A stretch of 64,000 bases of DNA from Anaeromyxobacteraceae bacterium (GTDB lineage Bacteria > Myxococcota > Myxococcia > Myxococcales > Anaeromyxobacteraceae): positions 1,184,001-1,248,000 of the forward strand of contig JAULAX010000015.1 in the NCBI GenBank assembly GCA_032654565.1. The letters are read 5' to 3'. The notes below the pieces were generated by a model, which was not told where the DNA came from, ran no database searches, and saw only the letters and a program-made list of their open reading frames with translations. This document shows, piece by piece, positions 56,701 through 64,000 of the stretch (the stretch's first letter is position 1; every line of letters starts with the position of its first letter). The translations under genes and the position numbers were made by a program.

Positions 56701-58488
56701 GGCCTGGGCCACGCCGCCGTTGCAGACGCAGGTCTTGGCGGCGGTGCACTTGCCGGTGGTGGTGCCGGGGCCGCTGGTCACCGGGGCGTCGAAGCAGGTC
56801 TTGGCCAGGCAGTCGGAGTCGGCGCAGTCGCTGAGCCCGTCGCAGTCGGTGTCGCGGCCGTCGCCGCAGGAGGACTCGGCCACCTCGCCGGGGATGGCCG
56901 GTGAGCCGGGCGGCGAGCAGACCGAGCAGGTGTTGGTGACGCCGGAGAGGTTGGTGCAGGCCTTGCCGGAGGCGTTGCAGGCGCGCGAGGCGCAGTCGGG
57001 GTCGGCGCAGTCGACGAGGCCGTCGCAGTCGTTGTCCTTGCCGTCGCCGCAGCTCTGCTCGAACGGCTCCGGGGTCCCGCCGTTGCCGGTGCAGGCGCAC
57101 TGGCCGAGGCCGTCGCAGCGCAGGACGTTGGTGAGGGTGCCGGCGCACTGCTGGCCGTAGGTGTTGCCCGGCGCGGTGGGGCCGCAGTCACGGTCGGCGC
57201 AGTCGACCGCGCCGTCGCAGTCGTTGTCCTTGCCGTCGCTGCAGCCGAGCTCCTTGCCCTGCTGGGGCACGCCGCCGTTGCCGTTGCAGGTGCAGACCCC
57301 CACCACGGTGGGGGAGCAGACCGAGCCGAAGGCGGTGCAGGCCACGCTGGCGCAGTCCGGATCGGCGCAGTCGATCTTGCCGTCGCAGTCGTTGTCCTGG
57401 CCGTCGCCGCAGCTGAGCTCCTTGGCGGCCTCCGGCCCCTGGCAGACGCAGGAGGCGGTGGTCGGGTTGCAGGTCTTGCCGGTGGCGGTGCAGACCGCCC
57501 AGGCCGTGGCGCAGTCGGGGTCGGCGCAGTCGACCAGGCCGTCGCAGTCGTTGTCCTTGCCGTCGGCGCAGTCGGTCTCCACCGCCTGGGCGGCGCCGCC
57601 GTTGCCGGCGCAGACCGAGCAGCTGGAGGCCCCGGCGATGGCGGCCGAGCAGGTGTGGCCGCGCCCGTCGCAGGCCTGGCCGCCCGAGCCCTTGTCCTGG
57701 CAGTCGGGGTCCTCGCAGTCGATGAGGCCGTCGCAGTCGTCGTCGATGCCATCGCCGCACTTGGCGCCGGTCTCCGGCGTGGCGGTGCAGGTGCAGAGCT
57801 TGGTGGTGGCGCCACAGACGCCGGTGGTGAGGCCACCGCCGGTGGAGGGGGCGCTGTTGCAGATGTCGCCGGCGCAGTCGGGGTCGGCGCAGTCGACGAG
57901 GCCGTCGCAGTCGTTGTCGAAGCCGTCGCCGCAGCTCACCTCGGCCACCTCGGGGGCGCCGCCCTTGCCGGTGCAGACGCTGCAGGTCCCGCCGCCGCAG
58001 GTCTTGCCGCCGGCGTCGCAGGTGGTGCCGGCCGGGCAGGTGGCGGTGTCCTGGCAGTCGGTCAGGCCGTCGGCGTTGTTGTCCCTGGCGTCGCTGCAGA
58101 TCTCGACGGCCACGAACCGCACCTGGAGCTGGCCGGTGGCCAGGTTGCCGTCGGAGGCCCTCAGCTGGGCCATGCCGACGCAGGTGGGGCCCGGGGTGAC
58201 CCGCGAGTCGCAGGTGACCAGGGTGACGTCGAAGGGGGTGGTGGGGTTGGTGGCGCTGACGGCGCCGCTGGCCTCGAGGAAGCCGCCGCGGTCGGTGCGG
58301 ATCACCACCGGCCCCTTCTGGCTGCCGGTGACGTGGATGAGCACCTGGTTGACGCCGTTGGCCAGCACCTGGGTCTGGCTGGCGGTGATGGTGAGCACGC
58401 CGCCGCCGGAGGAGCCCGCGTCCTTGGCGCCGCCGCAGGCCAGCAGGGCGGACGCAGCGATCGACGCCAGGCAGATCTTCCAGGTCAT
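53729..58488 (-). CDS. Giant Cys-rich repeat surface lipoprotein with Ig-like (Big_1) domains, split by indels near 54630-54860
   Basis: Lipobox LLAC; 14 CxDGxDNDCDGxxDCxDPDC repeats; Big_1-like [12 protein letters not shown]...[11 protein letters not shown]. The C-terminus continues in another frame ([10 protein letters not shown]...GEEGFFD...[11 protein letters not shown]). Confidence 0.8.
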
Positions 58489-58604
58489 GTGGTACTCCTC
58501 CAAGAGGTGGCGGACGGCAACGGCAGCCGCCGGCAATGTATCAAAGTTCGACCCCCCCGACGGTGGGTAAACGAGGGTGTGGGTGCAGGTGGGAGGGCAG
58601 GGAC

Positions 58605-59060
58605 GTGACCGACCAGGAGGCCATGGAGGCGGCGCTGGCGCTGGCCGGCGAGGCGGCCGCCGACGGCGAGGTCCCGGTCGGGGCGGTGGCCCTCTTCGAG
58701 GGGCGGGTGGTGGGGCAGGGGCGGAATCGGCGGGAGGGGGCCAACGACCCGACCGCCCACGCCGAGCTGCTGGCGGTTCGCGCGGCCGCGCAGGCCCTGG
58801 GGCGCTGGCGGCTCACCGGGGTGACCGTCTACGTGACGCTGGAGCCCTGCGCCATGTGCGCCGGGGCCCTGGTGCTGGCCCGCATCGACCGGCTGGTCTT
58901 CGGCGCCGACGACCCCAAGGCCGGCGCCGTCGGCTCGCTGCAGGACCTCTCCGCCGACCCCCGGCTCAACCACCGCTTCCCGGTGGAGCGGGGGCTGCTG
59001 GCCGACCGCTGCAGCGCGCTGCTGCGCGACTTCTTCAGGGCCCGCCGCAACCCCGCCTGA
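58605..59060 (+). CDS. tadA: tRNA adenosine(34) deaminase
   Basis: [28 protein letters not shown]. Confidence 0.95.
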   Translation: MTDQEAMEAALALAGEAAADGEVPVGAVALFEGRVVGQGRNRREGANDPTAHAELLAVRAAAQALGRWRLTGVTVYVTLEPCAMCAGALVLARIDRLVFGADDPKAGAVGSLQDLSADPRLNHRFPVERGLLADRCSALLRDFFRARRNPA

Positions 59061-59115
59061 AGGTTCGGCGCGCCGCGCTTGGCAAGACCCCGGAAGATCA
59101 GGTAAACCCGCGCGC

Positions 59116-59202
59116 GGAGAGCTGGCCGAGTGGTCGAAGGCGCCTGACTCGAAATCAGGTGTACGGGCAACTGTACCGTGGGTTCGACTCCCACGCTCTC
59201 CG
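59116..59202 (+). tRNA. tRNA-Ser(CGA)
   Basis: GGAGAGC/GCTCTCC stem, CCTGA-CT-CGA-AA-TCAGG anticodon arm, long variable arm. Confidence 0.96.
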
Positions 59203-59220
59203 CTTACTTTTCGTCTTCAT

Positions 59221-59310
59221 GGAGAGGTGTTCGAGCGGTTTAAGAAGCACGACTGGAAATCGTGTGTACCCTTACCGGTACCGTGGGTTCAAATCCCACC
59301 CTCTCCGCCA
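59221..59310 (+). tRNA. tRNA-Ser(GGA)
   Basis: GGAGAGG/CCTCTCC stem with GCCA end, CACGA-CT-GGA-AA-TCGTG anticodon arm. Confidence 0.96.
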
Positions 59311-59334
59311 GCTTCCGGCCCCGACGGGCCGGGT

Positions 59335-59443
59335 GAGCCGGCCCAGAATCCTCGGGCGACGTGGGCTCCTTCGAACCCCGCCAGGCCCGGAAGGGAGCAA
59401 CGGTAGAAGGACCTCCGTGCGCCCGGGGATTGTGGGCCGGCTC
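59335..59443 (+). ncRNA. ffs: Signal recognition particle RNA (small bacterial type)
   Basis: CAGGCCCGGAAGGGAGCA helix-8 motif inside a long hairpin closed by GAGCCGGCCCA/TGGGCCGGCTC; lies upstream of dnaX. Confidence 0.93.
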
Positions 59444-59472
59444 GTTCTTTTCTGCTAAAGCCTTCGCTCCTC

Positions 59473-61287
59473 ATGGGACCGCAGCCGCACTACCTCGTCC
59501 TGGCCCGCAAGTACCGGCCGCAGCGCTTCGGCGAGATGTCCGGCCAGGCGCACGTGGTCCAGACGCTGGCCAACGCCCTGAAGCGCGGCCAGCTGGCCCA
59601 CGCCTTCCTCTTCACCGGCCCGCGCGGCGTCGGCAAGACCACCGCGGCGCGGCTGGTGGCCAAGGCCGTCAACTGCGTCAACGGGCCGACCCCGGAGCCC
59701 TGCGGGACCTGCGTCCCCTGCCAGGAGATCGCCGACGGGCGCAGCGTCGACGTCATCGAGATCGACGCCGCCTCCAACAACGGCGTCGACAACGTCCGCG
59801 ACATCGTCGAGGCGGTGAAGTACCGGCCGGCCCGCGACCGCTACAAGGTCTTCGTCATCGACGAGGTCCACATGCTCTCGCAGGGGGCCTTCAACGCCCT
59901 GCTGAAGACGCTCGAGGAGCCGCCAGATCACGTCAAGTTCGTGCTGGCCACCACCGACGTCCACAAGGTGCCGGAGACCATCGTCTCCCGCTGCCAGCGC
60001 TTCGACTTCCGCCGGCTCACCCAGCAGCAGATCGCCGACCAGCTCGGCCACGTGGCCGCCGCGGAGAAGATGACGCTCTCCGGCGCCGCCCTGGCCATGG
60101 TGGCGCGCGCCGCCGAGGGCGGGATGCGCGACGCCCTCTCGCTGCTCGACCGGGTGCGGGCCGCCTGCGGCGACGCCCCGGGCGACGCCGAGGTGGCCGA
60201 GGCGCTCGGCACCGTCGACGTGGCGGCGGTGAGCCGCATGGCCGGGGCGCTGCTGCAGCGCGACGGGGCGGCGCTGCTGGCCGAGATCGCCACGCTCCAC
60301 GAGCGCGGGCTGGAGATGAAGCGGGTGGCCGAGGAGCTGGCCCGCCACCTGCGCAACGTGGTGGTGGCGCGGCTGGCCCCGGCGGCGCCGCTCGACCTCC
60401 CCGACGTGGAGCTGGCCGAGGTGCGGGCCCAGGCCGGCGGGGCCGATCCGGCCCAGCTCACCCGGCTCTTCGATCTCGCCCAGCGCGCCGTGGTGGAGGC
60501 CAAGCTGGCCGACCAGCCCCGCCACGCCCTGGAGGTGGCGCTGCTCAAGGCCGTCTTCCTGGCGCCGGGCGCCGAGGTCTCGGCGCTCATCGCCCGGGTC
60601 GAGGCGCTGGCCGGCGGGGCCCTGCCGCCCTCCGGGACGGGCGGCGGCGGCGGCTCCGGCGGTGGCCGCGCCGTGGCCGCCCCGCGTCCTGCCGCACCCG
60701 CACCCGCCGCGCCCCCGCCGACGCGCAGCGCCGCGGCGGTTCCGGCCGCGGCACCGACCTCGACCCCCACGTCGGCCCCGACCACGGTTCCGGTCCCGGT
60801 CACCGTCCCGGTGGCGACGCCGGCCCCGGTCGAGACCGCCCCCGCCCCGCCGGCTCCGGCCGCCCCGCTGATCGATCCCGCCGCCCCCCTCGCCGACCGC
60901 TGGCGCGCCGTGGTCGACGAGGTGGAGAAGGTGAGCCCGGCCGCCGCCCCGGCCCTGAAGCAGGCCACGCTCCGCTGGATCCGCGACGGCGAGATCGGCG
61001 TGCAGCTCCCGCCCGGCCTGATGGCCACCACCGCCGAGCGGCGGCGCGCCGACATCGAGGCGGTCTTCGCCCGCTGCTTCGGCCGGCCCACCCGGCTGGC
61101 GCTCACCCTCGGCGAGCCCACCGCGGCGCCGCCGGGCGAGTCGGCGCCGGTCTCGCTGGCCGCCGCCGAGCAGGCCGACCGGCTGGCCCGCTCGCGCCGG
61201 GTGCGGGAGACGGCCCGGGCCCACCCCAACATCCAGCAGGCCGCCCGTCTCCTCGAGGGCGGCGTCGACCAGGTCGAGGAGCTCTAG
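59473..61287 (+). CDS. dnaX: DNA polymerase III gamma/tau
   Basis: [33 protein letters not shown]. Confidence 0.96.
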   Translation: MGPQPHYLVLARKYRPQRFGEMSGQAHVVQTLANALKRGQLAHAFLFTGPRGVGKTTAARLVAKAVNCVNGPTPEPCGTCVPCQEIADGRSVDVIEIDAASNNGVDNVRDIVEAVKYRPARDRYKVFVIDEVHMLSQGAFNALLKTLEEPPDHVKFVLATTDVHKVPETIVSRCQRFDFRRLTQQQIADQLGHVAAAEKMTLSGAALAMVARAAEGGMRDALSLLDRVRAACGDAPGDAEVAEALGTVDVAAVSRMAGALLQRDGAALLAEIATLHERGLEMKRVAEELARHLRNVVVARLAPAAPLDLPDVELAEVRAQAGGADPAQLTRLFDLAQRAVVEAKLADQPRHALEVALLKAVFLAPGAEVSALIARVEALAGGALPPSGTGGGGGSGGGRAVAAPRPAAPAPAAPPPTRSAAAVPAAAPTSTPTSAPTTVPVPVTVPVATPAPVETAPAPPAPAAPLIDPAAPLADRWRAVVDEVEKVSPAAAPALKQATLRWIRDGEIGVQLPPGLMATTAERRRADIEAVFARCFGRPTRLALTLGEPTAAPPGESAPVSLAAAEQADRLARSRRVRETARAHPNIQQAARLLEGGVDQVEEL

Positions 61288-61295
61288 GACCACCC

Positions 61296-61607
61296 ATGGA
61301 CATCCAGTTCCTGATGAAGCAGGCCAAGAAGCTCGAGAAGGCCATGGCCGATGCGCGCGAGTCGCTCGGCGAGGTGACCGTGGAGGGCGAGAGCGGCGGC
61401 GGCCTGGTCAAGGTGACCATGAACGGCCGCTGCGAGGTGGTGAAGCTGGCCATCGCCCCGACGGCCATCGACCCGGCCGACCCGTCGATGCTCGAGGACC
61501 TGCTCACCGCCGCCCTCAACGCCACCTGCGCCAAGGCCCGGGCGGCCGCCGACGAGCACCTCGGCAAGGCCACCGGCGGCGTCAAGATCCCCGGCGTCAT
61601 GGGGTGA
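61296..61607 (+). CDS. ybaB: YbaB/EbfC nucleoid-associated protein
   Basis: [23 protein letters not shown]. Confidence 0.93.
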   Translation: MDIQFLMKQAKKLEKAMADARESLGEVTVEGESGGGLVKVTMNGRCEVVKLAIAPTAIDPADPSMLEDLLTAALNATCAKARAAADEHLGKATGGVKIPGVMG

Positions 61608-61612
61608 GCGGG

Positions 61613-62209
61613 ATGTCGGTCGCCGACCCCATCGCCCGCCTGGTCCGGGAGCTGGCCCGCCTGCCCGGCATCGGGGAGAAGACGGCGCAGCGGCTCGCCT
61701 TCCACGTCCTCGAGGCCGGCCCGGAGCAGGCCCGGCTGCTGGCCGAGGCGGTGGTGGGGGTGGTGCGCGACGTGCGCTGCTGCTCCAGCTGCCAGACCCT
61801 CACCGAGCGTGATCCCTGCCCCATCTGCACCGACCCGGGGCGCGACGCCCGGATCATCTGCGTGGTGGAGGGGGTCCCCGACCTGCTGGCGGTGGAGCGG
61901 ACCCGCGAGTTCCGCGGCCGCTACCACGTGCTGCACGGCGCCCTCTCGCCGCTCGACGGCGTCGGGCCCGGCGACCTGAAGATCCGCGAGCTGCTGCTCC
62001 GGCTGGAGCGCGAGCCGGCCGAGGAGGTGCTGGTGGCCACCAACCCCAACATCGAGGGGGAGGCCACCGCGCTCTACCTGCAGCGGCTGCTCAAGCCGCT
62101 GGGGCTGCGGGTGACGCGCATCGCCCAGGGCATCCCCATGGGCGGCGACCTCGAGTACGCCGACCAGGCCACCCTGGCCCGGGCGGTGGCCGGCAGGAGG
62201 GAGCTGTGA
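61613..62209 (+). CDS. recR: Recombination mediator RecR
   Basis: LPGIGEKTAQRLA, C4 zinc finger, YHVLHG, EGEATA, GGDLEY. Confidence 0.96.
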   Translation: MSVADPIARLVRELARLPGIGEKTAQRLAFHVLEAGPEQARLLAEAVVGVVRDVRCCSSCQTLTERDPCPICTDPGRDARIICVVEGVPDLLAVERTREFRGRYHVLHGALSPLDGVGPGDLKIRELLLRLEREPAEEVLVATNPNIEGEATALYLQRLLKPLGLRVTRIAQGIPMGGDLEYADQATLARAVAGRREL

Positions 62210-62328
62210 ACCGGGTGCGCGATATCGGGCGCCCCTATCGGCCGCCCCCGGGGACAGGAAGATTGAAAGCCGAGCGTTTCCTTGGTATTCCGCGGGGTAC
62301 TCCGTAGCGACGTGGAGAGCGAAGGAAC

Positions 62329-62808
62329 ATGACTTCCGGCCTGGTGATGTACGAAGAGGAGTTCCGGCTCATTGCCGGGATCTGCGACCGGCTCACGCGT
62401 GATGCCAACGCCAAGGTCGTCTTCCTCGTCGACAAGAACGGGCAGCTCATCGCCGCCAGCGGCCAGGCGCAGAACCTCGACACCACCTCCCTGGCCTCGC
62501 TGACCGCCGGCAACGTCGCCGCCATGGGCGGCCTGGCCAAGCTGATCGGCGAGAAGGAGTTCCCCAACCAGTTCCACGAGGGCGAGAAGGAATCGCTCCA
62601 CATGAGCATCGTGGGCGGGCGGGTGGTGCTGGTGGTGATCTTCGACGCCAAGAGCTCGCTGGGGCTGGTGCGCCTGCGGGTGAAGAAGGCGGGCGAGGAG
62701 CTGGGCAAGGTCTTCGAGGTCCTGGCCAAGAAGCAGGCGGCCCCCGGCGCGGCCAGCCCCTTCGCCGAGATCACCGACGACGACATCGACAATCTCTTCA
62801 GCGAGTAG
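62329..62808 (+). CDS. mglB: Roadblock GTPase-activating protein MglB
   Basis: [48 protein letters not shown]. Confidence 0.96.
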   Translation: MTSGLVMYEEEFRLIAGICDRLTRDANAKVVFLVDKNGQLIAASGQAQNLDTTSLASLTAGNVAAMGGLAKLIGEKEFPNQFHEGEKESLHMSIVGGRVVLVVIFDAKSSLGLVRLRVKKAGEELGKVFEVLAKKQAAPGAASPFAEITDDDIDNLFSE

Positions 62809-62810
62809 AC

Positions 62811-63398
<588 letters not shown>

Positions 63399-63512
63399 GT
63401 GTTCCTCCCGGGGTGTGCGACGCCGCTGCGCCTGCCCAGGGACGGTTCCCGGTGATATAAAGAACCGCTTTTTTCCGATCAGGTCGTCCTCCGATCGCAT
63501 GCGAGGGTGAAC

Positions 63513-64000
63513 GTGCCGCGTCACTACCGATCCATCGCCGTGATGCTTCTCCTCCCTGGCCTGTTGCTCCCCTCCTCGGCGCGGGGCCAGGCGCCCGCCT
63601 CCACCCCGGCCGCGCCGGCCAAGCCCGGCGCCGCCCCAGCCAAGCCCGCCGCCGCCCCTGCCAAGGCCGGCGCAGCCCCTGCCAGGGCCGCCGCCGCCCC
63701 GGCCAAGCCCGCCGCCGCCGTCCGCCCGGCCCAGACCGCCGAGGAGCAGAACGACCTCAAGGTCCGGACCCTGGAGGAGCGGGTCACCGACCTCAAGGAG
63801 AAGGTCTTCCGGACCAAGGCCCGGCTCATGAACCTGCAGGAGATGGTCATCGGCGGGGACCTGACCACCGGGGCCAAGGCGGTGATCGTCCACCGCAATG
63901 AGATGGGCTCCTCGTTCTACCTGGAGTCGGTCACCTACGCCCTCGACGGCGCGCCCATCTACACCAAGGCCGACCTCGACGGCGATCTCGACAAGCGCGA
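63513..64000 (+). CDS. Secreted protein with AAPAKP repeats and a coiled coil (partial; absent from the ORF track)
   Basis: Open frame VPRHYRSIAVMLLLPGLL...VRTLEERVTDLKEKVFRTKARL...HRNEMGSSFYLESVTYALDG, running off the window end. Confidence 0.75.
   Translation, partial: MPRHYRSIAVMLLLPGLLLPSSARGQAPASTPAAPAKPGAAPAKPAAAPAKAGAAPARAAAAPAKPAAAVRPAQTAEEQNDLKVRTLEERVTDLKEKVFRTKARLMNLQEMVIGGDLTTGAKAVIVHRNEMGSSFYLESVTYALDGAPIYTKADLDGDLDKR
63610..63720 (+). repeat. About five imperfect 21-bp tandem repeats encoding AAPAK(P/A)(A/G)
   Basis: GCC GCC CCn GCC AAG CCC units. Confidence 0.7.

Noticed and set aside
55750..58100. Periodic GCCGTCGCAGTCGTTGTC DNA repeats resembling an array
   Set aside because: They encode the DNDCDG protein repeats and vary at codon level.
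59473..61287. Programmed frameshift producing the DnaX gamma subunit
   Set aside because: No A-AAA-AAG or poly-A slippery site was seen.
58605..62209. tadA-tRNA-ffs-dnaX-ybaB-recR linkage as a novel cluster
   Set aside because: This is a widely conserved arrangement.

Overview
Very GC-rich window from a myxobacterium, most like Anaeromyxobacter (Myxococcota). This is inferred from the frz cluster, recR-mglB-mglA synteny, an argJ-argB fusion and a eukaryote-type citrate synthase. It is mostly core genome: argE end, an AAA+/DUF4143 ATPase, dapF with a degenerate-GGDEF gene and a REC-DUF4388 gene, two hemerythrins, nucleoside salvage genes, frzZ/A/B/CD/E/G/F plus an extra receiver, a Phd-PIN toxin-antitoxin pair, an isc operon without iscR, tRNA-Leu, argC-argJB-argR, a pafB/pafC-like WYL pair, one ISKra4-type element with a 9-bp target duplication, gltA, a giant Cys-repeat surface lipoprotein, and tadA-tRNA-Ser x2-SRP RNA-dnaX-ybaB-recR-mglBA. 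Best candidate new systems: (1) the WYL pair lies next to an uncharacterised Zn-finger gene preceded by an exact TGTCAG-N10-TAGCCT match to the actinobacterial PafBC promoter; (2) a GAF/I-site-only GGDEF gene is coupled to a REC-DUF4388 protein that ends in an MglA-like pseudo-GTPase domain. Frameshifts in argR and the giant lipoprotein look like sequencing indels. All family calls come from reading motifs by eye; no searches were run.
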